The notes under the pieces are model-generated. The model saw nothing but the letters and a program-made list of their open reading frames with translations, made no database searches and was not told the origin of the DNA. Below are positions 33,203 to 43,096 of a DNA stretch of 61,897 nt, in pieces. Position 1 is the first letter of the stretch. Every line of letters starts with the position of its first letter. The DNA comes from SAR202 cluster bacterium (GTDB lineage Bacteria; Chloroflexota; Dehalococcoidia; Lucifugimonadales; Lucifugimonadaceae), in assembly GCA_008373165.1 (NCBI GenBank), contig RQOU01000073.1, forward strand, positions 1 through 61,897, given 5' to 3'. The position numbers were made by a program, and so were the translations under genes.

Positions 33203-34240
33203 TTAGCTAAGAATAGCGTGCGCTTCACGTAGCAGCGTTTTGGTCGTTTCCCAATTAATGCATGCATCAGTTATTGATACACCGTACTTTAAGTCCGCAG
33301 GATCGCCTAAGGATTGATTGCCCTCATTGAGGTGACTTTCAAGCATTAGACCAATAACCCCTTTGTTACCGGCGGTACGTTGCCGAATCACTTCTCTGAA
33401 TACGATTGGCTGACGGTTATGATCTTTATTACTATTTGCGTGTGAGCAGTCAATTACGACGTTGCGCCGTAGATTTGCGGCTTCAAGTAGGGATGTTGCT
33501 GAATTAACCGATGCCTCATCGTAATTTGGTCCTGCTGACCCTCCTCGTAGAATTAGTTGCTGGGCTTTGTTACCTGTTGTGTTTACAACTGAAGCTCGAC
33601 CATCGAGGTCGATTCCGAGAAACGCGTGCGGTGAACGTGCCGCTACCATAGCATCCACTGCGATTTGGCAACTGCCTCCAGTACCGTTCTTAAATCCGAT
33701 CGGCATTGATAATCCACTTGCCATTTGCCTATGAGTTTGACTTTCGGTTGTTCGCGCACCGATTGCTCCCCATGAGATGAGATCTGCCATGTATTGGGGC
33801 GTGAAGGGATCTAAAAATTCTGTTCCTGACGGAAGACCTATCGCACCGACTTGTAACAAAAAATCCCTAGCGCGTTTGAGACCGGTTTGTATATCGAATG
33901 TCCCGTCCAGATTGGGGTCGTTTATAAGTCCTTTCCAACCTACTGTCGTGCGTGGCTTTTCAAAGTAGACCCGCATGACGATCAGGATGGTATCTTTGAC
34001 TTCTTGGGCGATTGGGTAAAGTTTCTTTGCGTATTCAAGTCCTGCTTTTTCGTCATGTATAGAACAAGGTCCAACGAGCATCATCATACGGCGGTCAGTT
34101 CCGTTTTCGATGTTTTCTATAGCGGTACGCGTTTCGGTAACGACCTTTGCAATTTCAGGAGTAATTGGCTGTGACTCTAGAAATGAGCGTGGAGGTCCGA
34201 GCCGTTTGAGATCCGTGATTCGTATGTCTGATGTGGTCAT
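33203..34240 (-). CDS. 3-deoxy-7-phosphoheptulonate (DAHP) synthase, class I-alpha
   Basis: GPCSIHD, RVYFEKPRTTVGWKG, IGARTTESQ, DCSHANS, SITDAC. The AroF/G/H feedback type cannot be resolved. Confidence 0.96.
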   Translation of the reverse strand: MTTSDIRITDLKRLGPPRSFLESQPITPEIAKVVTETRTAIENIENGTDRRMMMLVGPCSIHDEKAGLEYAKKLYPIAQEVKDTILIVMRVYFEKPRTTVGWKGLINDPNLDGTFDIQTGLKRARDFLLQVGAIGLPSGTEFLDPFTPQYMADLISWGAIGARTTESQTHRQMASGLSMPIGFKNGTGGSCQIAVDAMVAARSPHAFLGIDLDGRASVVNTTGNKAQQLILRGGSAGPNYDEASVNSATSLLEAANLRRNVVIDCSHANSNKDHNRQPIVFREVIRQRTAGNKGVIGLMLESHLNEGNQSLGDPADLKYGVSITDACINWETTKTLLREAHAILS

Positions 34241-34332
34241 AATTTAGGTTGGTTTCTGTATAAATATTAGATGTGTCGAAGATTGGTGGGCTGTTTGGCT
34301 TGGGCTAAAAATCGCAATTTCAGAGTATTGAT

Positions 34333-34449
34333 CTAATCGTTTTCCAAACTGAGATCAGGTGGAAATACTGTGAGATCACCTAGCTCAGGTATGGATGTCC
34401 ACATGTAAACAGCCCGTTTGTATAACCAAAATAGGAATTTGTAAAGCAA
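34333..34449 (-). other. Candidate 38-aa aromatic-rich leader peptide upstream of DAHP synthase
   Basis: TTG-start ORF MLYKFLFWLYKRAVYMWTSIPELGDLTVFPPDLSLEND with 7 Phe/Tyr/Trp in the first 17 codons. No clear SD. Confidence 0.4.
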
Positions 34450-34535
34450 CGTGAACCCAGTTGGGTTAGGGTTGATGCGGGTGTGTGGCGGGAGTTATGT
34501 AAGTAAATTACGTGCAAGCTATGTTTTCTCACAAC

Positions 34536-34916
34536 TTAAGTGTTTGAATTTGAAAGATCGGGACGGAGTTTAGCAGCATCGTGAAGGTATAGATGCATTA
34601 TCTCGTTCTGTACTTTGTTAGTGTTCCACAGAATAAGTATACGTATGCAACGCGTCAACGCTCCGGGACGTGCCATTTCATGATTACACATCAGTGGCAC
34701 ATCGTTCCAGCCTAAGCGTTCGCGAGCTGCAACTGCTGGGAATTCGGCGATTAAATCAGGGCTCGTACTAAATTGCACAGATGCGACATCATCTTGCTCG
34801 ATGCTGTTAACTTGGATGAGCTTCAGTAATAACTCTTCGGTCGCATCCAGCACGTCTCTTGCTGATGTCCCTTTGGTCGTCGTCGCGCCTTTTACACCTC
34901 GAACCTTTGTTGCCAA
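34536..34916 (-). CDS. aroH: Chorismate mutase, AroH (Bacillus) type
   Basis: VRGVKGATT, DL.AEFPA.AAR, VPLMC..E, CIR, HLYL..A..LRPDL. TTG start at 34916 follows GAGG. Confidence 0.92.
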   Translation of the reverse strand: MATKVRGVKGATTTKGTSARDVLDATEELLLKLIQVNSIEQDDVASVQFSTSPDLIAEFPAVAARERLGWNDVPLMCNHEMARPGALTRCIRILILWNTNKVQNEIMHLYLHDAAKLRPDLSNSNT

Positions 34917-34984
34917 TATTTTCCTCAAAACGTATTCGCATGACTTGTTGGTAACCGCCCCGGCAGGCTACCAGTACAGATACC

Positions 34985-35803
34985 TTAGTTTGCCACGACT
35001 TTTCTTATCGTGCCGGGAATTAGTGATCGTATAAATGTTTCAGCACGTTGTGGTGCATCGGCTACATCTCCGTAAGCGATTCTATTAATTAGTTCGCTTC
35101 CCACCACAGCGCCGTCAGCATATTCAGCTACATTGCTTACGTGATCTGCAGTTGATATCCCGAACCCGATACCGATTGGCAAGTCTGTGAAACGGCGTAC
35201 TTTATCTGCGAGTATCTTTACGCGTTCTGACGTAGATGCTCTTGCCCCGGTGACCCCTAGGACTGATATGCAGTAGATGAAACCGCCTGCTCTTTTACAA
35301 GCATGTTCAATAGCGCGTTCGGTAGATGTTAGTGCCAGCAAAGGAATAAGTACTAACCCTGCCCGATCTACTGCATCTTGCAGTGGATCTGCTTCTGCTG
35401 CAGGGAGATCCGCAGCAATAAGTCCATCGACACCCGCATCATGTGCATTTGAACAAAATTCATCAAGACCCATAGATAAAATATTGTTGTAATAACCCAT
35501 GATCACAATGGGGATATCAATCCCAGCGTTTCGAATTTCTTTTACTGTATCCATACATGTTTTTGGTGTGACACCATTTTCAAGGGCCTGATGACCGGAC
35601 GCTTGGATAGTGGGTCCGTCTCCCAATGGATCACTGAACGGCATACCCAGCTCAATGACGTCAGCTCCCGCTTCCACAATAGATTTGACAATATCTTTCG
35701 TTATTCCTGGTACAGGAAAATCAATTGTTACGTACGGCACTAATGCAATACGACCTTCGTTCTTAGCTTTATCGATTGCTTGACGGATTCTGTCTGTCGT
35801 CAT
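34985..35803 (-). CDS. trpA: Tryptophan synthase alpha chain
   Basis: ELGMPFSDPLGDGPTIQ, MGYYN, GVTGAR, GFGIS, DGAVVGS. Confidence 0.96.
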   Translation of the reverse strand: MTTDRIRQAIDKAKNEGRIALVPYVTIDFPVPGITKDIVKSIVEAGADVIELGMPFSDPLGDGPTIQASGHQALENGVTPKTCMDTVKEIRNAGIDIPIVIMGYYNNILSMGLDEFCSNAHDAGVDGLIAADLPAAEADPLQDAVDRAGLVLIPLLALTSTERAIEHACKRAGGFIYCISVLGVTGARASTSERVKILADKVRRFTDLPIGIGFGISTADHVSNVAEYADGAVVGSELINRIAYGDVADAPQRAETFIRSLIPGTIRKVVAN

Positions 35804-35834
35804 ATTTGTTGGTTCCTTTATTCAGCAATCAAAT

Positions 35835-36740
35835 TTAATTTGCATATTTTGCCAGCATAATCGCTAGCGAATTGTGCAAGCCATGGGCAAAAATCGCAGG
35901 CCATAATGCGCCAGTCTTAAGGTACACCCATCCGAGCGCTAGTCCTAATATGAACGTAGGGACAATTGCACCGGGGTCAAAGTGGAAAATCCCAAACAAC
36001 AAGGATGAGAGTAAAAGGGATCGTATTACACCAAATCGTTTTATCAGTCCTGGAAGAACAAAGCCACGAAAAAATATCTCTTCGGCAATTGGACCCAAAA
36101 ATCCTACTAATATCAGGGTTGTAATGAGGTTGCCGCCTGCCGTATCTATCACTTGTTGTGCGGTGTCTGGTGGTAAAAGGAAGTCGAGTTTGAGCCAACT
36201 TAACGCCGCTATCCAAACCATTAAGATAGTCAGAGCTATGAGCCACATGCCAATCGCAAAAAAATATGGTTTGAAACCGTGGATTTTTACGACGCCAAGA
36301 CTGTTGAGTCGTTGGCGGTATAGAACAATTGAGAAACTTAGTGCGGTAACAGCGAAAGTTCCTGATGTGACGGTAGCCGTAATTATTGCCAAAGGCACAC
36401 CTATGACTTCAGCCACTCCATTACCTGCATCTACGGCTAGTAAATAGCTAATCCATATGATCACTACCCCAAATAGAAGTGCCGAAGTTACTGGCCATAA
36501 AGGGGATCGCGTGAGTAGTAGGAGAATCACCGCCCCAGCACCTGATAAAAAGCCTATGAAATATCCAGTTGGAGAAGTTATCGATGTCTCAAACCCGGTA
36601 TCTGTACCTAAAACACCACCTAAGCTGAGGATCGCAATTGAGACCAGCAATGTGATTGTTGATGCAACAATCACATTTAACGGTCCCCATTTTACTTCTG
36701 GAACAAAAAAATCATCTCGTGGCTTATCTGATAACGTCAA
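35835..36740 (-). CDS. CPBP (Abi / CAAX type II) intramembrane glutamic protease
   Basis: Multi-TM protein with PIAEEIFFRG, FGIFH and HGLHN motifs. Confidence 0.9.
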   Translation of the reverse strand: MTLSDKPRDDFFVPEVKWGPLNVIVASTITLLVSIAILSLGGVLGTDTGFETSITSPTGYFIGFLSGAGAVILLLLTRSPLWPVTSALLFGVVIIWISYLLAVDAGNGVAEVIGVPLAIITATVTSGTFAVTALSFSIVLYRQRLNSLGVVKIHGFKPYFFAIGMWLIALTILMVWIAALSWLKLDFLLPPDTAQQVIDTAGGNLITTLILVGFLGPIAEEIFFRGFVLPGLIKRFGVIRSLLLSSLLFGIFHFDPGAIVPTFILGLALGWVYLKTGALWPAIFAHGLHNSLAIMLAKYAN

Positions 36741-36770
36741 TGGTTGGAACGCATTTCTTGATTTAGATGC

Positions 36771-37436
36771 TTACTGCAGCCACGTGACGTTTCCGTAAAC
36801 TGTTGAGTCTAGGGGTCTTGATGAAAATTGTTCATATTCTTTCTTCGAGTTACCAACAGTGATGAATTCTCCATGCCCTGGCAATACCATGGTTGATTCT
36901 TCGAGGGTGAATATATGCGTTTTAATCGAATCGATCATTTGTATTAATCGTGTATGCGACGTCGATTTTCCTGGGCCACCAGGAAATAAAGTGTCGCCAC
37001 TGAAAATATGGGCATGTTCATTATCGTTGTTAATTGGCTGGACGATAAAGCAAGTCGACCCTTGAGTGTGTCCAGGTGTAGCGACAGCCTGAATAACAAT
37101 ATTTCCAATCTCTAGGTCATGGTCTGTGACGAGATTGATCGATGCTTGGGCTGATTCTGGTAATGATCCCCTGTCTGCAATCCCTATACCGATTGGTACA
37201 TCATAATGCCCAGTGACGTCCATGAGCCCGTCAACATGATCGCGATGACCATGGGTTATCAATATCGCGGTCACTTCGGTATTTTTCGCTGCACTTATCA
37301 GAGATGTTGGTTCTGCTGGCGCATCGATGATCACAGATTTATTAGTTTGTTTACATGTGATCAAGAAGGCATTGTTAGCGAATCCAGATATGAATCTCTG
37401 AATTGACCAATGTTTACCTCTGAATATTGTGTTCAT
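36771..37436 (-). CDS. Metallo-beta-lactamase fold hydrolase (glyoxalase II-like)
   Basis: THGHRDH, TPGHT, SGDTLF, PGHG. Confidence 0.9.
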   Translation of the reverse strand: MNTIFRGKHWSIQRFISGFANNAFLITCKQTNKSVIIDAPAEPTSLISAAKNTEVTAILITHGHRDHVDGLMDVTGHYDVPIGIGIADRGSLPESAQASINLVTDHDLEIGNIVIQAVATPGHTQGSTCFIVQPINNDNEHAHIFSGDTLFPGGPGKSTSHTRLIQMIDSIKTHIFTLEESTMVLPGHGEFITVGNSKKEYEQFSSRPLDSTVYGNVTWLQ

Positions 37437-37467
37437 TATTTTCTTTGATGGAATTCAAATTTAGGTT

Positions 37468-37518
37468 GAGTATTTAAGAAGAAACGGCGCATTAAGCGCC
37501 GTTTCTTCTTAAATACTC
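37468..37518. terminator. Perfect 23-bp inverted repeat, probable intrinsic terminator of ftsH
   Basis: GAGTATTTAAGAAGAAACGGCGC-ATTAA-GCGCCGTTTCTTCTTAAATACTC, 17 nt downstream of the ftsH stop. Confidence 0.8.
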
Positions 37519-37535
37519 TTAATTCTCATCAGCTC

Positions 37536-39470
37536 TTAAGTGACTTGAGGCTCCGGATCTGCGCTATCTGGTACTTCGTTCTCTGTTTCATTTGTGGGCA
37601 TTGGAGGGTCGTCAGAAGAATTTGGTGTTTCGGTGGCCATTGGGCTCGCCAGCAAGGGGTCTTTGCCATCAATAATTGCTACGAACTGATCAAAATCGAT
37701 TGTTTCGTGCTCCAGCAAGAAACCGGCTATTGCTTCTAGTTCTTTATCGTGATCCTTTAGCAGTTTGTTTGCCATTTCTTCACCCTGCAATAATAAGCGA
37801 TTGATTTCATCGTCGATGATGCTTTCAGTTTTCAGAGAATAGTCTCGTTCCTCTGACATCTCCCGTCCAAGGAACACTGCTCCTCCATGTCGCTTACCGA
37901 AAGAACGATTAGACAGCTTTTCGCTCATCCCTAGGCGCATTACCATTTCTCGTGCAATACCAGTAGCTTGCTCAAAGTCATTCGAAGCACCAGTTGTCAC
38001 GTCTCCAATTTTCATTACCTCGGCAGCTCTTCCTCCCATGGCAGCCGCGATTTGAGCTTCAAGTTGCTCTTGAGATGCGTAAGACTTATCTTCCTGCTGC
38101 CATCTAGTAAAACCACCAGCCTGGCCTCTCGCGATTATGGATATTTTCCCGATAGGCGATCCGCCCGGCATTAGGTGGGCTACAAGAGCGTGTCCAGATT
38201 CGTGGTATGCGGTTGTCTTTCGATCTTTCTCACTAATGACCTTACTTTTACGTGCGGGACCCATGGATACGCGATCAATTGATTCGGTGAGATTTTCATA
38301 TTTGATCGAATCTTGATTATTTCTTGCGGCCATTAGTGCAGCTTCATTAATTAGGTTTGCGAGATCGGCACCTGAGAAACCGGGAGTCTGCTTGGCAATG
38401 TCAGCGAGATCTATGTTTTTTTCGATTGGTTTGCCCTTAGCATGCACATCTAAAATGGCAGTACGCCCGCGGATGTCCGGACTATCTAGAATTACGCGTC
38501 GATCGAATCGACCTGGCCGGAGTAGGGCAGGATCAAGTATGTCGGGACGGTTAGTTGCTGCAATGACAATTACATTTGTTGCAGAATCAAAACCGTCCAT
38601 CTCAACGAGAATTTGGTTTAGAGTCTGTTCGCGTTCATCGTGGCCCCCGCCAAGACCTGCACCACGATGTCTACCCACGGCATCTATCTCATCAACGAAT
38701 ATTATGCATGGAGCGTGGCGTTTCGCTTGTTCAAAGAGATCGCGTACTCTCGAGGCGCCTACACCAACGAACATTTCAACAAATTCAGAACCTGAAATAG
38801 AGAAGAATGGAACGCCCGCTTCACCTGCAACGGCTCGAGCCAGTAATGTTTTACCAGTACCAGGAGGCCCTACTAACAAAACGCCTGATGGGATTTTTGC
38901 ACCCAATGCCTGAAAACGTTCAGGATATTTTAGAAATTCAACGACTTCTTCTAGCTCTTCTTTAGCTTCGGGTACTCCTGCCACGTCAAAAAACGTGACG
39001 GTTGCTTTCGTACCTACAAACATACGAGCCTTGCTACGACCGAAACCCATCTGCTGGTTACTATTACCCTGAGCTTGTCGCATCATGAATAATAGGATTC
39101 CACCGAACAGTATTAATGGTAGGAATCCTATCAATATACCGAACAGGTTGGAAAAACCGCTAGAACCTTTTACTCTGACTGAATATTTTGAGTTGTCCAC
39201 ACCTGCGCTACTAAGGAGATCAGCAACACTTGAGCCTTCTTCCTTGCGTGACGTGAATACACTAACGCCATCAGTGATGGTGAGGGTATCTCCTTGAACT
39301 TCGATTTCCAGTTTGGAGGAGCCACTTTTGTTTTTGGCTAATTCGACGACTTCGTTAATACCGATTTCTTGAGAGTCATCTAGTTGGTTGGAGAACATGA
39401 AGAAAATGGTGATCGCAGCAACGATGATCACCAAATACAATAAGCTGTTTCGCACCCAGCGGTTGTTCAT
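37536..39470 (-). CDS. ftsH: ATP-dependent zinc metalloprotease FtsH
   Basis: Two TM helices, [47 protein letters not shown]. Confidence 0.98.
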   Translation of the reverse strand: MNNRWVRNSLLYLVIIVAAITIFFMFSNQLDDSQEIGINEVVELAKNKSGSSKLEIEVQGDTLTITDGVSVFTSRKEEGSSVADLLSSAGVDNSKYSVRVKGSSGFSNLFGILIGFLPLILFGGILLFMMRQAQGNSNQQMGFGRSKARMFVGTKATVTFFDVAGVPEAKEELEEVVEFLKYPERFQALGAKIPSGVLLVGPPGTGKTLLARAVAGEAGVPFFSISGSEFVEMFVGVGASRVRDLFEQAKRHAPCIIFVDEIDAVGRHRGAGLGGGHDEREQTLNQILVEMDGFDSATNVIVIAATNRPDILDPALLRPGRFDRRVILDSPDIRGRTAILDVHAKGKPIEKNIDLADIAKQTPGFSGADLANLINEAALMAARNNQDSIKYENLTESIDRVSMGPARKSKVISEKDRKTTAYHESGHALVAHLMPGGSPIGKISIIARGQAGGFTRWQQEDKSYASQEQLEAQIAAAMGGRAAEVMKIGDVTTGASNDFEQATGIAREMVMRLGMSEKLSNRSFGKRHGGAVFLGREMSEERDYSLKTESIIDDEINRLLLQGEEMANKLLKDHDKELEAIAGFLLEHETIDFDQFVAIIDGKDPLLASPMATETPNSSDDPPMPTNETENEVPDSADPEPQVT

Positions 39471-39804
39471 TTACCTTATCTATCCAATTACTACTAAATA
39501 AAACGTGGTTGCTGTATTTCACTTTGTTCGTTTTATATGGCTTGTCAAAGTGAGAAAATGCCAAGTCAAATCACCTTGTTAAGGACTATTGATTCTAACA
39601 TAAAACTCGGTTTTTAAAGTACTGATCTGGCAAGTAGAATCAGGCGATATCGTGTAGAGAATCGTATTGGCTTCTAATTGAGTATCTTTGGCTTGATTGA
39701 TATATTGGATGACTTACCAGTGCGACACAGGTACTAACTGCACTCGAATCTTCAGAGTATGGTTCGGTGGAATAACCACTCCGCGTGTCTTACGGAGAGT
39801 GAAC

Positions 39805-40422
39805 ATAGCAAAAGAATTTAGGGTAAATCGCCGAATTCGGGCTGATGAAGTTCGTGTTATTCGTGGCGAGGATTCGACTGAGTCAGTTGTGATGTCAATA
39901 CGCGATGCTATTGATATGGCAGAGGGAGAAGGTTTAGATCTTGTAGAGGTCGGGCCTAATCAAAGCCCGCCGGTTTGTCGTATTCTCGATTATGGCCGTT
40001 TCAAATATATACAAGGTAAGAAACAACGAGAGGCTCGCAAAGTTTCTCGCAGTGCCAGTAAGCAAAAGGAAGTTCGACTCAGTCCTGTCATGTCGGATAA
40101 CGACATCGAAACGAAAATTAGAATGACAAAGAATCTTCTTTCTGAAGGCGCAAAAGTCAGGGTTTTCGTTCGATTTAGAGGGAGGCAGCGTGCGCATCCC
40201 GAAATAGCTATGAAGGTCTTAAGGAAAGTTGCCGAAGGGGTCGCTACGGTTGCAAAACTTGAGAAACCACCAGGGATGGAAGGTCGAGTTCTCAGCATAT
40301 TGCTCGCTCCATCATCTCAGCAAAACCAGCAAAGAGACCGAAAGCGACAGGAAAGCGCAGAGTTGGTTTCGACTACGGTAAGCAGTGCCAGTGATGATCA
40401 GGGCACAATGAAAGCAGAATAA
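39805..40422 (+). CDS. infC: Translation initiation factor IF-3
   Basis: RVNRRIRA.EVRVI, LDLVEV, PPVCRILDYG, RFRGR. Probable ATA start 7 nt after GGAG. First gene of infC-rpmI-rplT. Confidence 0.95.
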   Translation: MAKEFRVNRRIRADEVRVIRGEDSTESVVMSIRDAIDMAEGEGLDLVEVGPNQSPPVCRILDYGRFKYIQGKKQREARKVSRSASKQKEVRLSPVMSDNDIETKIRMTKNLLSEGAKVRVFVRFRGRQRAHPEIAMKVLRKVAEGVATVAKLEKPPGMEGRVLSILLAPSSQQNQQRDRKRQESAELVSTTVSSASDDQGTMKAE

Positions 40423-40480
40423 CCCTACGAAGAAATTAGTAATTCGTAGGCTCAAAGTTTAGAACGGGAATTACCTCACA

Positions 40481-40684
40481 ATGCCGAAGATGAAGACCCA
40501 TAAAGGTGCTAAGAAAAGGTTCCACATCAGTGGGACTGGAAGGGTTTTACGAACAAAGGGTCCTAAGAGCCACTTTCGCCGCCGTAAGGCTGCGAGAGTC
40601 AAACGCCTTTTCGGTGGGAAGGTAGCTCTTGATTCAAAGACGTTTTCTAAGACTATTAAGCAGGCTATCAGGGCACTTCATTAA
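40481..40684 (+). CDS. rpmI: 50S ribosomal protein L35
   Basis: MPKMKTHKGAKKRF; lies between infC and rplT. Confidence 0.97.
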   Translation: MPKMKTHKGAKKRFHISGTGRVLRTKGPKSHFRRRKAARVKRLFGGKVALDSKTFSKTIKQAIRALH

Positions 40685-40762
40685 TAGTAATTATTCAGAT
40701 ATTTATATTCAGTACGAACTTGATTCACGGTTCTTAGTTCGTTTCACGGAGGATTAGGTAAC

Positions 40763-41116
40763 TTGGCTAGGGTAAAGGGTGGAACTACTACACGAAGGCG
40801 GCATAAAGCTGTATTAAAGGCCACGCGCGGGCATAGAGCTTCACGGAGTCGAAGATATCGTGTTGCTCGTGAATCTTTAACGCATGCACAAGCATATTCA
40901 ACTGCGCATCGTCGACTGAAAAAACGTACCAACCGTTCACTGCAGATAATCAGAATTAATGCTGCAGCGCGAGCGAATGGAATCAACTATGCGAGCTTGA
41001 TTCATGGGATGGCACTTGCGGGAATCGAGTTAGATCGTAAGTCGCTTGCTGAATTGGCAATTCGAGAACCTGAAGGGTTTACGGAGATCGTTAAGGCCGC
41101 GCAATCTGCCCTGTAG
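40763..41116 (+). CDS. rplT: 50S ribosomal protein L20
   Basis: MARVKGG, RINAAAR, LDRKSLAELA. Confidence 0.97.
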   Translation: MARVKGGTTTRRRHKAVLKATRGHRASRSRRYRVARESLTHAQAYSTAHRRLKKRTNRSLQIIRINAAARANGINYASLIHGMALAGIELDRKSLAELAIREPEGFTEIVKAAQSAL

Positions 41117-41189
41117 ATTAACTTCTCGCTGCTATTTTCTATACCCAAGGTAATCTGATGTACACGTTGCTGAATTTATGCAGCATCAA

Positions 41190-42146
41190 TTACTTAGGTG
41201 CCTGCGGGTACAAATGGTTAGTGAAGAAATTTATCACGTTTCGAACGTATGTTTCAGGCTGGGTTTTGAACGCTTCCATATGTCCTGCTCCTGGGACAAT
41301 CCAGACTGTTTCTTTGCCGTTGTCAATCTCATCGAAGCTGGCTCCTACTGCTCTTCCAAGTCGTCGGGCGTGGTCCGGAGAAATTAAAACGTCATCCTCC
41401 CCATGAATGATCAGAACAGGCGTGTCAGATTGTGCTATGGATCGTGCGGGAGAGATATCTGAGATATCGATTCCGTACATGGTTTTTGCCATGAATTTCA
41501 TGCCTGGAAAACATAAGTTAAGAGGGCGTTTAAGCCCTTTCATTGAGCTTTTGAGCATTAATGAATAATCAGCGAAAGCGCTGTCGGATACCACAGCCCC
41601 AAAATTATTTGGATTTGAACCCGCCATCAAAGCTACGGCCCCACCCAATGAAAATCCCAACACCCCGATTCGGTTTCGATCCGATCCTTGACTCACAAGA
41701 TAATCGGATGCCCCTTGAAGATCTAACCTTTCATAGTATCCCGCAGACGCTTTAGAAGACGGAGAATCTCCTCTGGCGCGCATGTCGAACATTAACACTC
41801 CGAATTTGTGTTTTGCCAGAATACGAGCGATATCAAGCATGCCGATTTTTTGATCACTCCGGCTCGCATTGTTTCCTTGCACCATCACGATCCAAGAGTG
41901 GTTTTTTATTTGTGTGTGTTGAGGATTTGAATCACGGTGCGGCGGGATAATCCAGCCCGAAAGTTTCGATTCACTGCCACGACTGTTGAACGTTACGTCT
42001 TGATAGAAAAGACCCACTGAATCCGGGGTGTTCTCTGGTCTAAGCCGAGGGCTGCGAGTCAGCCCAGATGCCATTGCGGAAGAGACGCCGACATAGCTGC
42101 CGGCAATTACTGCGAGAAGAGTGAAAGTTGTTTTCAGCAGTCCCAT
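41190..42146 (-). CDS. Membrane-anchored alpha/beta hydrolase
   Basis: N-terminal TM, FDMRARGDS, GFSLGG, IHGEDD, GAGH. Confidence 0.85.
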   Translation of the reverse strand: MGLLKTTFTLLAVIAGSYVGVSSAMASGLTRSPRLRPENTPDSVGLFYQDVTFNSRGSESKLSGWIIPPHRDSNPQHTQIKNHSWIVMVQGNNASRSDQKIGMLDIARILAKHKFGVLMFDMRARGDSPSSKASAGYYERLDLQGASDYLVSQGSDRNRIGVLGFSLGGAVALMAGSNPNNFGAVVSDSAFADYSLMLKSSMKGLKRPLNLCFPGMKFMAKTMYGIDISDISPARSIAQSDTPVLIIHGEDDVLISPDHARRLGRAVGASFDEIDNGKETVWIVPGAGHMEAFKTQPETYVRNVINFFTNHLYPQAPK

Positions 42147-42187
42147 GTTTAGATTCTAGCTTGGAAGCACCAGATTGGTGAACAATC

Positions 42188-43087
42188 TTATTCCAACACG
42201 GAATCGATCATCACCAATAAGAAAAACAATGCTAAATATAACAATGAGTATTTGTAGAGTTTGATAGCTGTTGGGCGATCTGGGTCTTTGAATAATCGGT
42301 ATGCGTACCAAAACAGAGTTAAATTCAATGATGCTGATCCAATTGTGTAGATCCATCCTAAAGCTTGTGAAACAAATCCGAACAGAATGGTTAACACAGA
42401 AAGTACAGCCGTATATAGAAGTATCTGATTAGTCGTGTGTTTGACACCCATAACCACAGGTAGCATTGGGATATTCGCTCGAGCGTAGTCATCTTTGATC
42501 ATGATGGCCAGTGCCCAGAAATGCGGAGGAGTCCAGAAAAATATGATTACAAACAGATACCAGGCTGCAAGATCAACTGTGCCTGCTGATGCAGCGTAAC
42601 CCACAAGCGGAGGAACAGCTCCAGCTGCTCCTCCGATTACGATGTTTTGGGTTGTCGTGCGTTTGAGTATTACGGTATACAAACCGAAGTAGAGTAGTGT
42701 TCCAACGATTGCTAAGCAAGCTGCCAAGATGTTGGTCATCAGTGTTAGTATCACGAATGACCCTACATTGAGTGCGATTCCGAAAAGTATCGCTGTATTA
42801 AACGCTATTCTGCCTTCAGCGACAGGACGGTTTTTTGTCCGTCCCATTTTTTTGTCAAGCTCGCTTTCGTAAGCCATATTCAAAGAAGCCGCTCCACCAG
42901 ATGCTAGTGCCCCACCAATTATGACCGCTATTATTATTTTCAAGCTGGGCGTTGATTGAGCACCGAGAAATGCTCCTGCCACCGCTGAAACGAGAAGTAG
43001 TGACATGACTCGCGGTTTTGTCAGGGCTAAAAAATCCCCTAGTAATGGGAGTAAGTTTCTACGATTGGCTGTTTCGTTAGTTGCCAT
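42188..43087 (-). CDS. ctaB: Protoheme IX farnesyltransferase (heme O synthase)
   Basis: LTKPRV, D.KMGRTKNRP, LKR.T.QNIVIGG, WTPPHFWALA, DYARANIPMLP. Confidence 0.96.
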   Translation of the reverse strand: MATNETANRRNLLPLLGDFLALTKPRVMSLLLVSAVAGAFLGAQSTPSLKIIIAVIIGGALASGGAASLNMAYESELDKKMGRTKNRPVAEGRIAFNTAILFGIALNVGSFVILTLMTNILAACLAIVGTLLYFGLYTVILKRTTTQNIVIGGAAGAVPPLVGYAASAGTVDLAAWYLFVIIFFWTPPHFWALAIMIKDDYARANIPMLPVVMGVKHTTNQILLYTAVLSVLTILFGFVSQALGWIYTIGSASLNLTLFWYAYRLFKDPDRPTAIKLYKYSLLYLALFFLLVMIDSVLE

Positions 43088-43096
43088 TTTTGAATC

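Noticed and set aside
38392-38913. 173-aa plus-strand ORF inside ftsH, and similar antisense ORFs inside polA, the hydantoinases, the CPBP protease and the MFS genes
   Set aside because: They overlap well-supported genes on the opposite strand and show no recognisable motifs.
39697-39804. 36-aa N-terminal extension of IF3 in the ORF track
   Set aside because: Not IF3-like. SD spacing supports the ATA at 39805, so this is probably untranslated leader.
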